34,019 bases of DNA from NCBI GenBank assembly GCA_040901675.1, contig JBBDYJ010000007.1:11829-45847 (forward strand), given 5' to 3'. A program made the position numbers and the translations under genes. Numbering within the stretch: position 1 is the first letter of the stretch; every line of letters starts with the position of its first letter. The notes under the pieces are model-generated. The model did no database searches. It was not told the DNA's origin and saw nothing but the letters and a program-made list of their open reading frames with translations. The DNA is from Pirellulales bacterium. GTDB lineage: Bacteria > Planctomycetota > Planctomycetia > Pirellulales > JAICIG01. Positions 1-9,527 of this stretch are shown here, one piece after another.

Positions 1-35
<35 letters not shown>

Positions 36-60
36 CGGTTGCAATCGTGCGAGAGCGGCC

Positions 61-1476
61 CTAGTAGGACAGCACCACGTTGGTGCCCAGCAGGAACTGG
101 TCGTCGTCCGAGCCGTTGTCATAGGGGAGCGTGCCGTTGCCGGGCACATTGCTGGTGCCGGGCAGGCCGTCGTACCAGTCCCAGCGGACCTCGTTGCGAA
201 TCAGCACTCTGGGGCGGAACTTCCAGTTGAGACCCAGGGAGATCTCGTAGAAGTTGCCGGCAAAACCGCTGCCGCCCCAGCCCCGACCGAAGAAGTCGCC
301 GCCGGGCGAGCCGAAGCCGGCCACGCGGAAGCCGTCGTCGTCGCGGAACCACTCGCCCCGCGCACCAACGGCCCAGCGGTCGTTGATGTCGTAGAGCAGG
401 TACTGGTTGATGCCGTACCACTCGGCGTCGGCGCCGCCCGGCGTGAAGCCGGCGGCCCCTTCCTGGTGGCCGATATCGCTCTGGAAGACGTAGGTCAAGT
501 TGCAGCCAATCTTGTAGCTGGCCACGATACTGTGGACGTAGCGGTTGGCCTCGCCGGCGGGATCCTCGGCGCCCGTGCTCAGGGCAAAGGCCAGCGAGAA
601 GACGTCGCTGGGCGTCCAGGTGGCGCCGCCCAGGAAGGAGATGTCGTTGTTGATGTCTTCCCACTGGTCCCAACCACGGTGGAAGCCGCCGGTCAGGGCC
701 AAGGTTTCGCTGAGGGCATAGCTGGCCAACACGCCGGTGTGCGTGAACGGCTCGCCATACTGATGGGTGTAGGCGTGCGTCGAGAAGAAGTTGCCGTTGG
801 CCGGCACCACTTCATACCCGATGATCGTGTAGAAGCGGCCGACCTTGATGTCCAGGTCGTTGAAACCCACCTGGCCGTACATCTGCGGGATGGCCATGCC
901 ATAGAAGCGGCGGTCCTGGTTCCAATCCATCGTGCCGTCCTGGTTGGTCTCGAAGCCAAGAGCCGGCGTGAACCGCCAGTCGGTGCCGTAGAGCGCGTCG
1001 ACCCGGCCCCCCAAATCCCAGCCGCTGCCGCCCGTGTCGACGGCCCGGTCGAGATAGAGGTAGACCTGGTTCAACTGGAGCTCGTCGGCACGGTCGTTGA
1101 ACGTGACCGGTCCATTGAAGCGATCGATTGGATCGTCCGGATTCCAGAAGTAGCTGCCCGACAGGAAGGCGCCGAAGTGGCGGGGCCGCTCGTCGCAGCA
1201 GGTGTTGCACTTCGGTTCGCAGCAGTTGCCGTGGTCGTGGGCCATGGCCGCGCCGTAGTCGGCGGCGGGCGGGACATCGCTGGGCGACATCGGTTCGGGG
1301 GCGGCCGGGGTCGGCTGGCCGGCGTAGTAGCTCTCGTACTCGTAGGCGACCTGACGGTCCGCCGCGGGGCGGTACAGCGACGGGTAGAACCCGCCGGCGG
1401 GCTGTTGCGCGAAAGCCCGGCCGCCGGAGAGCAGCCCGGCAGCGGCGGCAACCATCGCCAGTTTCGAAATCTTCAT
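61..1476 (-). CDS. Outer-membrane beta-barrel protein (BBP2/DUF1597-like putative porin)
   Basis: Start re-called at MKISKLAMV (ATG 1476, GGAG upstream). It has a signal peptide (..AFA/QQ), motifs NGPVTFNDR..LNQ, GRFYTIIGYEVVPA, YGEPFTHTG, WYGINQY and RGEWFRDDDG, and an aromatic C-terminal residue. Confidence 0.85.
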   Translation of the reverse strand: MKISKLAMVAAAAGLLSGGRAFAQQPAGGFYPSLYRPAADRQVAYEYESYYAGQPTPAAPEPMSPSDVPPAADYGAAMAHDHGNCCEPKCNTCCDERPRHFGAFLSGSYFWNPDDPIDRFNGPVTFNDRADELQLNQVYLYLDRAVDTGGSGWDLGGRVDALYGTDWRFTPALGFETNQDGTMDWNQDRRFYGMAIPQMYGQVGFNDLDIKVGRFYTIIGYEVVPANGNFFSTHAYTHQYGEPFTHTGVLASYALSETLALTGGFHRGWDQWEDINNDISFLGGATWTPSDVFSLAFALSTGAEDPAGEANRYVHSIVASYKIGCNLTYVFQSDIGHQEGAAGFTPGGADAEWYGINQYLLYDINDRWAVGARGEWFRDDDGFRVAGFGSPGGDFFGRGWGGSGFAGNFYEISLGLNWKFRPRVLIRNEVRWDWYDGLPGTSNVPGNGTLPYDNGSDDDQFLLGTNVVLSY

Positions 1477-1758
1477 GGCCCGGTACTCCAATCCTTTGAT
1501 ACGGGGTTGATGCTGCGTGCCCGCCAGACACACACTGAAAACGAAGTCACGGTCTCGTGGGTCCGTCGCGGAGAGACGCTTGGTTGGCACTCTCGCCGAA
1601 CTTGGGTCGGCCAGATTTGCTATCGGTACGAGCCATGAGCGGAATTCAGCCCAAACCGCCACAACCCGAATCCACGGAGCGATTTACCCCAAGCCGGTGT
1701 TAAAGATTGCCGGCTGGGAAGAGTCTCCGGCGAGGCCGGCACGGAGAGGGCGGGACGA

Positions 1759-1807
1759 GCACTGCTTCTCGCCAGCCGGCACGCCGGCAGCCTCCAAGCA
1801 GTGGCAC
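1759..1807 (-). repeat. REP-like palindrome, family C, copy 1
   Basis: Minus strand reads GTGCCACTGCTTGGAGGCTGCCGGCGTGCCGGCTGGCGAGAAGCAGTGC, 12 bp downstream of the ftsY stop. Homologous to 33747-33795. Confidence 0.75.
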
Positions 1808-1819
1808 GGGAAACATCGG

Positions 1820-2740
1820 CTACTTCAGCTCTTCGAACATGGCCTCGACGAAGCTGTCGGGCTGGAACAGCGCCAGGTCCTCGGCCTTTTCGCCGACGCC
1901 GACGTACTTCACCGGCAGGCCGACTTGCTGCCGGATGGCAACCACCACGCCCCCCTTGGCGGTGCCGTCGATCTTCGCCAGAACGATGCCGGTGCAGTGC
2001 ACCGCCTCGGTGAAATGCCGGGCCTGGCTGATACCGTTCTGGCCGGTGGTGGCATCCAGCACCAGCAGCACCTCGTGCGGAGCGGCCGGGATCTGCTTGC
2101 CGATCACCCGATGGATCTTGGTCAGCTCCTGCATCAGGTTCTGCTGGGTCTGCAAACGGCCGGCCGTGTCGACGATGCACACGTCGGCCTTGGTCTCGAT
2201 CGCCCGCGCCACGGCCCGGTGGGCCACACTGGCCGGATCGCTCTTGGCTTCGCCCGTGACGATCTCGGCGCCCAGCCGCCCGGCCCAAACGGTAAGCTGC
2301 TCGACCGCGGCCGCACGAAACGTGTCGGCGGCGCCCAGCACCACCTTCTTGCCGCGGGCGATAAACAGGTGACCCAGCTTGGCGATCGAGGTCGTCTTGC
2401 CGGAGCCGTTCACGCCGGCCACCATGATCACGGTGGGAGGGTGTTCGACCAGGCGGATCGGCTCCTCCTCCTGGGCCAAAAGCGCCTTGAGCTTCTTCTT
2501 GACCGTGTCGAGGACGTCGGCCATCTGCACGACGCGGCCCCGGTAGTCGGTGCGGACCTCCTCGACCGTTTGCTGCGCGGCGTGGATGCCCATGTCGGTC
2601 TTGACCAGGATCTCGAGCAGCTCGTCGAGGAAGGCCTCGTCGATCAGGCGGCCTTCGGTCTTGAACAGGTCGCGGATGTCGGTGTTGAGCAGGCGGGTGG
2701 TCTTGGCCAGACCCTGCTTGAGCTTGTCGAAGAGACCCAT
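1820..2740 (-). CDS. ftsY: Signal recognition particle receptor FtsY (NG domain only)
   Basis: GVNGSGKTT P-loop, DTFRAAA, DTAGRLQ, DATTGQN, KIDGTAKGG and GVGEKAEDL. Confidence 0.97.
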   Translation of the reverse strand: MGLFDKLKQGLAKTTRLLNTDIRDLFKTEGRLIDEAFLDELLEILVKTDMGIHAAQQTVEEVRTDYRGRVVQMADVLDTVKKKLKALLAQEEEPIRLVEHPPTVIMVAGVNGSGKTTSIAKLGHLFIARGKKVVLGAADTFRAAAVEQLTVWAGRLGAEIVTGEAKSDPASVAHRAVARAIETKADVCIVDTAGRLQTQQNLMQELTKIHRVIGKQIPAAPHEVLLVLDATTGQNGISQARHFTEAVHCTGIVLAKIDGTAKGGVVVAIRQQVGLPVKYVGVGEKAEDLALFQPDSFVEAMFEELK

Positions 2741-2768
2741 CGTGGTGTGGACGACTTTCGGCGGTGGC

Positions 2769-3176
2769 TTAGGAATCGCGGTGCTTGGCCAGGAAGCGGT
2801 CGAGGATGCCGTTGACGAACTGGGCGGAATGCGCGGTGCCGAACCGCTTGGCCAGCTCGACGGCCTCGTTGATGGCCACGCGGTCGGGCGTGTCGGAATA
2901 GAGGATCTCGTAGGCCCCCAGGCGCAGCACGTTGCGGTCGGTGGCGGCCATCCGCTCGAGGCTCCAATTGTCGGCGGTGCGCGCCAGCAATTCGTCCAAC
3001 TCGGCGCGATTGCGGCGGACGCCGGCCACCAGTGACTGGGCGAAAGCGGCCAGCTCCTCAGCCTTCAGGCGGGCGCGGAGAAACTGCTCGGCCTTGGCGG
3101 GGCTTCCGCCCGGGTTCAGGTCGTCCTGGAACAGGACCTGCAAGGCGACTTCGCGTGCTCGGCTTCTGCGGGACAT
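2769..3176 (-). CDS. nusB: Transcription antitermination factor NusB
   Basis: Start MSRRSRAREVALQVLFQ (ATG 3176). Motifs WSLERMAATDRNVLRLGAYE, VAINEAVELAKRFG and FVNGILD. Lies directly downstream of ribH. Confidence 0.95.
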   Translation of the reverse strand: MSRRSRAREVALQVLFQDDLNPGGSPAKAEQFLRARLKAEELAAFAQSLVAGVRRNRAELDELLARTADNWSLERMAATDRNVLRLGAYEILYSDTPDRVAINEAVELAKRFGTAHSAQFVNGILDRFLAKHRDS

Positions 3177-3261
3177 GAGAATGCGTATGGTGTCAGGCCC
3201 CGCGAGGGGCCGGGAATCGAAAAAAAGTCGAATCAACGCAGGCGAGGCGCTTTCAGGCCGG

Positions 3262-3729
3262 TCAATCGGACAGTTGACCGAGCAAATGGATCATCCGCAG
3301 GGCGGCCTCGGCACACTCGCTCCCCTTGTTGCCCATGGAGCCACCGGCCCGGTTGATGGCTTGTTCGAGCGTATCGCAGGTGAGCACTCCGAACAAGACC
3401 GGAACCCCGCTGCCCACGGCCGCGCGGGCCAGCTCGGCGCTGACGGCACGGTTGATGTGCTGGTCGTGCGTCGTTTCGCCGCGGATCACGGCGCCCAGGC
3501 ACAACACGGCCAGGTAACGGCGGCTGGCCGCCTGGCGCGCCGCCACCAGCGGAATCTCGAAGGCGCCGGGCACCCAGGCGACATCGATTGCGTCGTCCGC
3601 GACGCCGTGCGAGGCCAAGGTGGCCAGCGCGCCTTCGAGCAGCCTGGAGGTGACCGATTCATTATAGCGCGAAACCACGATCGACAAGCGGCCGGGGGGA
3701 GGAATCAACTGGCCTTCGAGGGATTTCAA
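3262..3729 (-). CDS. ribH: 6,7-dimethyl-8-ribityllumazine synthase
   Basis: IVVSRYN, VPGAFEIP, LGAVIRGETTH, FGVLT, QAINRAG and NKG motifs. TTG start with a GGAGGG SD. Confidence 0.96.
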   Translation of the reverse strand: MKSLEGQLIPPPGRLSIVVSRYNESVTSRLLEGALATLASHGVADDAIDVAWVPGAFEIPLVAARQAASRRYLAVLCLGAVIRGETTHDQHINRAVSAELARAAVGSGVPVLFGVLTCDTLEQAINRAGGSMGNKGSECAEAALRMIHLLGQLSD

Positions 3730-3817
3730 GCGTCCCTCCGTTGTGCTGGGGTCCCTGCGTTATCCGCTCAGTCGGGCAAGATGGGGGCGCCTCCACCTGC
3801 CGCGCGCCGCTGGCGCT

Positions 3818-5269
3818 TTAGCTCTTCATGCTCATCAGGAACTCCGCGTTGCTCTTGGTCTTCTGCAGGCGCGTGACCAGCAGCTCCATGGCGTCGGTGG
3901 GGTTCATGTCGTTGAGCACGCGGCGGAGGATGCAGACGCGGCGGTGCTCCTCGGGGTCCAGCAGCATTTCCTCGCGGCGGGTACCGCTGCGGTTGATGTC
4001 GATGGCGGGCCAGATGCGCTTATCGACCAGCTTGCGATCGAGCGCGACCTCGAGGTTGCCGGTCCCCTTGAATTCCTCGAAGATCACTTCGTCCATCCTG
4101 CTGCCGGTTTCGATCAAGGCGGTGGCAATGATGGTCAGCGAACCGCCCTCCTCCACCTTGCGCGCCGCCCCGAAGAACCGCTTGGGACGCTGCAAGGCGT
4201 TGGCGTCGACGCCGCCGGAGAGGATCTTGCCCGAATGGGGCACTTCGGCGTTCCAGGCGCGGGCCAGACGCGTGATCGAGTCGAGGAAAATGACCACGTC
4301 GTGCCCGTATTCGACCATCCGCTTGGCCTTCTCGATCACCATCTCGGAGACCTGGATGTGCCGCGCCGAGGGCTCGTCGAAGGTCGAGCTGATCACCTCG
4401 CAGTTGGGTCCCTTGACCTGCCGCTCCATGTCGGTCACTTCCTCGGGGCGTTCGTCGATCAACAGCATGATCACGTACACCTCCGGATGATTGATCAACA
4501 CGCTCTTGGCCATCTTCTGCAAGAGGATCGTCTTGCCTGCCCTGGGCGGGCTGACGATCAACCCGCGCTGGCCGAAGCCGATCGGCACGATCAGATCGAC
4601 CACGCGCATGTTGACCTCGTCGGCGCCCACTTCCAGCATCACCCGCTTGTCGGGGTGCAGCGGCGTCAGATCGTCGAAGAACACCTTCTCCGACAGCATG
4701 TTCGGGTCCTGGTAGTTGATCGCCTCCACCCGCAACAGCGCGAAGTAGCGCTCGTTCTCCTTGGGCGGCCGGATCTGGCCCGAAACCGTGGCCCCCGTCC
4801 GCAATCCGAAGCGGCGGATCTGGCTGGGCGACACGTAGATGTCGTCCGGGCACGACAGGTAGTGGTAGTCAGGGCTGCGCAGGAAGCCGAACCCGTCGGG
4901 CAGCACCTCCAACGTCCCTTCGCCGAACATCAGGCCGTTCAGCTTGACCCGCTCTTTGAGAATCTTGAAGATCAGGTCCTGCTTCTTGATGCCCATGTAG
5001 TCGGTCAGGTTTTCCGTGCGGGCCTGCTCGATCAACTGCGGCATGGTCATCCGCTGCAGCTCGGCGATGTGGATGTCGCCCTGCTTGATCTGTTCGTAGC
5101 GCTCGTGGGTCTCGTCCCGCTCGTAGCGGGCCTCTTCGGCCAGCTCCTCGGCCAGCGAGAGCGGTTCGCCGTTCTCGCCTGCCGGGTTGGAGTCGGAATC
5201 GGGCCGGAAGGCCTTGGGCTCATCGGCCCGTTTGGCCCTCTGCAGCCGTGTGCTCTTGGCGTCTGCCAT
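3818..5269 (-). CDS. rho: Transcription termination factor Rho
   Basis: [69 protein letters not shown] and FEEFKGTGN. Start called at MADAKS (5269). Confidence 0.98.
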   Translation of the reverse strand: MADAKSTRLQRAKRADEPKAFRPDSDSNPAGENGEPLSLAEELAEEARYERDETHERYEQIKQGDIHIAELQRMTMPQLIEQARTENLTDYMGIKKQDLIFKILKERVKLNGLMFGEGTLEVLPDGFGFLRSPDYHYLSCPDDIYVSPSQIRRFGLRTGATVSGQIRPPKENERYFALLRVEAINYQDPNMLSEKVFFDDLTPLHPDKRVMLEVGADEVNMRVVDLIVPIGFGQRGLIVSPPRAGKTILLQKMAKSVLINHPEVYVIMLLIDERPEEVTDMERQVKGPNCEVISSTFDEPSARHIQVSEMVIEKAKRMVEYGHDVVIFLDSITRLARAWNAEVPHSGKILSGGVDANALQRPKRFFGAARKVEEGGSLTIIATALIETGSRMDEVIFEEFKGTGNLEVALDRKLVDKRIWPAIDINRSGTRREEMLLDPEEHRRVCILRRVLNDMNPTDAMELLVTRLQKTKSNAEFLMSMKS

Positions 5270-5430
5270 GGTAGGAATGCTCCCGCGAAAGTCTTGAAAT
5301 GGGTAGGCCGACACGCGGATGGTGTCAGCGGCAGGTTGGGTGGTTCCCTGGGACGTGGGCTAAGAACAAGATCGGTGAGAAGATCGGACGATCGGTTGCA
5401 TGCGGGACGGGCGTGTCTGCCCTACACATC

Positions 5431-5436
5431 ATTATA
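5431..5436 (-). promoter_or_regulatory. Putative -10 box of the rho promoter
   Basis: Perfect TATAAT on the minus strand ~160 nt upstream of the rho ATG. The nearby TTGACG is only 9 bp away, so the -35 is uncertain. Confidence 0.5.
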
Positions 5437-5553
5437 GAGAGGGGGCGTCAAGCGACTCCAGAGTGTTTCTTTTGGCTGGGTCGGCCTGACGATCCAGCCG
5501 CTTCGCCTGCCATGCGGGCGGTCCAGGCTCAACAGGCCATCGCCTGCCATCAA

Positions 5554-6153
5554 TTAGCCGACTATGGCGTGCCAGCAGCGCTCGAGTTGCGCTTGAGTGG
5601 CCTCCGGAGAACCGGAGTTATCTATCACCATATCGGCTCGCTGGCGCTTGACCTCCAACGACTCCTGGGCCGCCTCACGAGCGGCAAATTCGTCCTTAGT
5701 CCAACCCCGACCGCGGGCTCTGGCTAAACGGACCTCCCTGGGTGCGTCCACAAACACAAGAATATCGCAAAAAGCGTCCCAACCGGCCTTGAGCATCACG
5801 GGGGCGTCCAACACCGCCACCTGCCGGCCGGCAGCCTCCAGTTGGCTGGCTTGCCGGCGAAGCAAATCCTCAATCCGCGGATGGGTTAGTTGCTCCAAAT
5901 ACTCCAATTCCCTGGGGCCGTCCGGGGCAGCCGCGAAAACAATGCCTGCCAGCCGCGAGCGGTCGATCCGCTCGTCGGGGCCGAACACTTCGCCGCCCCA
6001 ACGCCGCCGCGCCGCCGACTCCACCTCCGGCTCGCGGAGCACCTCGTGACCGGCGCCATCGGCGTCCAGCAATGCCGCGCCCAGCCGGCAAAAAAGCCCC
6101 GCCACGTAGCTCTTGCCGCTGGCTACTCCCCCCAACAAGCCGACAATTCGCAT
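5554..6153 (-). CDS. coaE: Dephospho-CoA kinase
   Basis: MRIVGLLGGVASGKS P-loop, DAD..GH, IDRSRLAGIVF, LEQLTHP and ADMVIDNSG. Classic polA-coaE synteny. Confidence 0.95.
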   Translation of the reverse strand: MRIVGLLGGVASGKSYVAGLFCRLGAALLDADGAGHEVLREPEVESAARRRWGGEVFGPDERIDRSRLAGIVFAAAPDGPRELEYLEQLTHPRIEDLLRRQASQLEAAGRQVAVLDAPVMLKAGWDAFCDILVFVDAPREVRLARARGRGWTKDEFAAREAAQESLEVKRQRADMVIDNSGSPEATQAQLERCWHAIVG

Positions 6154-6193
6154 GCCCTTTGCCTCGGCCCACTGGCAGGCGGCCCGAACGGTC

Positions 6194-6246
6194 CCCTCTT
6201 GCTTCGGCTCGCCCTCTTGCTTCAGCTCGACTGTTGCTTCGGCTCA
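6194..6246. repeat. Three tandem ~18-bp repeats between polA and coaE
   Basis: CCCTCTTGCTTCGGCTCG / CCCTCTTGCTTCAGCTCG / ACTGTTGCTTCGGCTCA. Confidence 0.8.
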
Positions 6247-6345
6247 CCATCCTCCATGCTGCGGTTCGTGGATTGACTTCGCCCAGCGGCCCGGTCTACC
6301 CGCCGACGGCCGGGACTGGACGTCGAGGGGCGAGAGCGCGGACCG

Positions 6346-9237
6346 TCAAACCCAAGGTTCGGTCTGGGCCCAGTTGCGGCCCGTCTTCACGTCGACCTTG
6401 AGCGGTACAGCCAGTTCTTGGACTCCGGCCATCTCCTCCGTTACCAGCCGAGCCATGACTTCGATTTCGTCGGGTGGGACTTCGAACACCAACTCGTCGT
6501 GGATTTGCAGCAACATTCGCGCGGCTGGCTTCTCGCGCCGCATCCGGCGGTGGATACCGATCATTGCCTGCTTGATCAGGTCCGCCGCCGAACCTTGAAT
6601 CACGGTGTTGATGGCTGTCCGTTCGGGCAGGTTTCTCTGGCGACCGCCTACCGCGCGAATGCCGCGGATCGCCCGTCTCCGCCCCAGGACCGTACTAACA
6701 TAACCCTTCGCCCGGCATTCTACCAGTATTTTTGTGAGAAATTCCTCCACCCCCCGGTACCGATCAAAATACGCCTTGATGAATTGGGCCGCCTGGTCCT
6801 GGTCGATCAGCAGTGTCTTGGCCAGACCGAACGGGCTTTGCCCGTAAATGACGCCGAAATTGACCGCTTTGGCCGTCCGCCGCATGTCGGAGGTCACCCC
6901 CTCGATCGGCACGCCGAAGACCTGGCTGGCCACGCGGGCATGGATGTCCTCGTCGCAAGCGAAAGCCCGGCAGAGGGTTTCGTCGCGCGAAAAATGTGCC
7001 AGCACCCGCAACTCGATCTGAGAGTAATCGGCCCCCAGCAAAAGCCAATCGTCGTTGCCCGGCAAAAACGCCGACCGGATCTCGCGGCCGCTCTCGGTGC
7101 GGATCGGGATGTTCTGCAGGTTGGGATCGCTGGAGCTCAGCCGGCCGGTGGCGGCCACCGCCTGCTGGAACGTGGCGTGCACGCGGCCCGTCCGCGGATT
7201 GACCAGCGCCGGCAACGCATCGACGTACGTGTTCTTGAGCTTAGCGTATTGCCGGTAGGCGATGATCTTGGCCGGCAGCTCATGTTGGGGGTTCAAGCGG
7301 GCCAGGTCTTCCAGCACGCTGACGTCGGTGCTGGGGCCGGTCTTGGTGCGGGCCAGCACGGGCAGTTTTTGCTCCTCGAACAGCACCTGCTGGAGTTGCT
7401 TGACCGAAGCGATGTTGAACGGATGGCCGGCCAGCGTGTGGATCTCGCGCTCGAGCGTTTCCAGCCGCTCGCCATATTGACGGCTCAGCTCGGCGAGCCG
7501 GTCCACGTCGACCCTGATGCCCCTCGATTCCAGTTCGGCCAGGACCTCGATCAGCGGCAACTCGAGCGTGTTGAACAACGTCTCCAGGTCCGCCTCGCGC
7601 AGCTTGTCAGCCAGGATGGCGGCAAGACGCAGCGGCAGATCGGCGGCCTGGCAGGCATATGGAGTGAGGGCCGCGGCCGGCAGCTCGTTCAACCGCTTTT
7701 GACTCTTGCCGGTGCCCAACAGCTCGGCGGGCTTGACGGTCGACTGCCCCAGGTAGCGCTCGGCCAGCTCGTCGAGCGTGTGGACCCGCTCGCCCGCGTC
7801 GAGCAGATAACTGGCCATCATCGTATCGAACGCCAACCCGCCCAGCGCGACACCCGCCCCGGCCAGGGCGCGGACGATCCCTTTGAGGTCATGGCCCACC
7901 TTGGCGATCGATGCATCTTCGAGCACTTCGCGCAAGGCCGCCAGGCTGGCCGCCGGATCCGCTCCGGAGACCGCGGCGGGCTTGCCAAGCGGCACGAACC
8001 AGGCCTCGCCGGGCGTCCAGGCAAACGAGAGGCCGATCAATTCGGCGTCCGCGGGCGGGTCGGGCGAGGTCAGCGCGTGCAGGCCAAACCGTTTGGCTGC
8101 CGTGAGGGCCGCGACCAGTTGCCGGAGATCCTCGCTGGAGGCGGCGCGCCGATAGTTGGTTTCGGCCGGTCGAGTCGAAGCCTCTCCTTGGCGGACGCGG
8201 AGTTGCTGGGCGAAGCGGTGGAAGCCGAACTCGGCGAACAGCTCCAGCGCCGCCGCCGGATCGACGGCCCCGACGCGGCCGGCTTGCCAGTCGATGGCCA
8301 CGGGCACTTGAGTGTCGAGCCGGACGAGCTGCCGGCTGAGCAAAGCTTGCTCGCGGCACTCCAGCAGATTCTGCCGCCGCTTCGCGCCGGCGACTTCGTG
8401 GGCGTGGTCGAGAACGGACTCCAGCGTGTCGTACTTCTCCAACAGCTCGCGGGCCAGCTTGGGCCCGATCAACGGCACGCCCGGCACGTGGTCGACTGGG
8501 TCGCCCACCAACGCCTGGAAATCGACCACCTGGTCCGGCCGCACGCCCCAGTCGGCGGCCAGGGCCGCCGCGTCGTACACCTGGTCCTTCCGCACGTTGT
8601 AGATCTTGATCTGTTCGCTGATCAGTTGCCGGCAATCCTTGTCGCCGCTGACCAGGTAGCACTCCCCCTGCCCTTCTTCGGTCAGGCGGGCCACGGTGGC
8701 CAGGATGTCGTCGGCCTCGTACGACTCCAGCCCCAGCACGGGGATCTGCAGGGCCTCCAGCAACCGGAAGATAGCCGGGAACTGGGGGACCAGCTCGTCG
8801 GGCATCTCGCTGCGGTTGACCTTATACTGGTCGTACAGGTCGTGGCGGAACGTTTTTCCCGCCATGTCGAAGGCGCAGAACAGGTAACCTGGCTTGCGGG
8901 TTTCCAGGATATGGAGCACGTCGCGGGTGAAGCCGAACACGGCATTGACCGGCTCTCCGCGCGGGCTGGTCATCTCCGGAATGGCGTGGAACACTTGGAA
9001 AATCAGCGAGTTGGCGTCGATCACGTACACCGACTGGCCCGCCAGGTCGGGAGGCGGCTGCTCGCCGCCCTGGGGCGGCCGGGAGGCGATCGTGCGGCCG
9101 GCGGCCAGGCCGCCCTCTTCGGCCGGCTTCGCGGCCGGTTCCTGGACGGGGCCCTTCTCGGCGGGGCGCATCGCAACGGCTTGTTCGAGAGGGGCTTCCA
9201 TGCCCGGCAATCTGCCCTGGCGACTGGAATTGGGCAT
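6346..9237 (-). CDS. polA: DNA polymerase I
   Basis: 5'-3' nuclease motifs (IDANSLIF, YEADDILAT, ALVGDPVDHVPGVPLIG) and polymerase motifs TGRLSSSDPNLQNIP, DYSQIELRVLAH, AKAVNFGVIYG and QIHDELVFE. The start is uncertain; ATG 9237 chosen, and there is a Pro/Ala-rich N-terminal extension. Confidence 0.96.
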   Translation of the reverse strand: MPNSSRQGRLPGMEAPLEQAVAMRPAEKGPVQEPAAKPAEEGGLAAGRTIASRPPQGGEQPPPDLAGQSVYVIDANSLIFQVFHAIPEMTSPRGEPVNAVFGFTRDVLHILETRKPGYLFCAFDMAGKTFRHDLYDQYKVNRSEMPDELVPQFPAIFRLLEALQIPVLGLESYEADDILATVARLTEEGQGECYLVSGDKDCRQLISEQIKIYNVRKDQVYDAAALAADWGVRPDQVVDFQALVGDPVDHVPGVPLIGPKLARELLEKYDTLESVLDHAHEVAGAKRRQNLLECREQALLSRQLVRLDTQVPVAIDWQAGRVGAVDPAAALELFAEFGFHRFAQQLRVRQGEASTRPAETNYRRAASSEDLRQLVAALTAAKRFGLHALTSPDPPADAELIGLSFAWTPGEAWFVPLGKPAAVSGADPAASLAALREVLEDASIAKVGHDLKGIVRALAGAGVALGGLAFDTMMASYLLDAGERVHTLDELAERYLGQSTVKPAELLGTGKSQKRLNELPAAALTPYACQAADLPLRLAAILADKLREADLETLFNTLELPLIEVLAELESRGIRVDVDRLAELSRQYGERLETLEREIHTLAGHPFNIASVKQLQQVLFEEQKLPVLARTKTGPSTDVSVLEDLARLNPQHELPAKIIAYRQYAKLKNTYVDALPALVNPRTGRVHATFQQAVAATGRLSSSDPNLQNIPIRTESGREIRSAFLPGNDDWLLLGADYSQIELRVLAHFSRDETLCRAFACDEDIHARVASQVFGVPIEGVTSDMRRTAKAVNFGVIYGQSPFGLAKTLLIDQDQAAQFIKAYFDRYRGVEEFLTKILVECRAKGYVSTVLGRRRAIRGIRAVGGRQRNLPERTAINTVIQGSAADLIKQAMIGIHRRMRREKPAARMLLQIHDELVFEVPPDEIEVMARLVTEEMAGVQELAVPLKVDVKTGRNWAQTEPWV

Positions 9238-9341
9238 CGGCAAATCTGAACGATCCGGGAAAGGCGATGGCGGACCAGCCCCTGAAGCATACACCTGGCC
9301 AAGGCCGGGCAACAGGGGCCCGCGAGCGGCTCCGTTTTCCT

Positions 9342-9370
9342 TTGACACTCCCCAACAGCCTGTATAGACT
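9342..9370 (+). promoter_or_regulatory. Sigma70-type promoter for the gene at 9528
   Basis: TTGACA (9342-9347), 17-bp spacer, TAGACT (9365-9370). Confidence 0.65.
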
Positions 9371-9527
9371 CAGGATAGCTCGCTTGGCGCGCCGGCCGTG
9401 CCTGGTCGCTTTCCGGGCCTTCGCCGGGGTCAGCGGCAACTCTTCCAAACAAGAACCGTTCTTCCAAACCGCATTTCTTCCAGACAGCAGCGACCTCGAC
9501 GGTCGCCCAGCTCGTGGAGTTTGAACC

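Noticed and set aside
3196..3228. Intrinsic terminator between ribH and nusB (GGCCCC-GCGA-GGGGCC)
   Set aside because: On the coding (minus) strand the U-run precedes the hairpin rather than following it.
5560..6860. Horizontally acquired segment (visibly more A/T-ending codons in coaE and the 3' end of polA)
   Set aside because: The genes are in standard polA-coaE-rho synteny with no mobility signs. Internal promoters or relaxed codon bias explain it, and I could not quantify it.
6418..9249. 943-aa plus-strand ORF, and other long antisense ORFs (3743-5437, 12404-13930, 15568-17118, 466-1638)
   Set aside because: Shadow ORFs opposite well-supported genes, expected with high GC3. No recognisable motifs.
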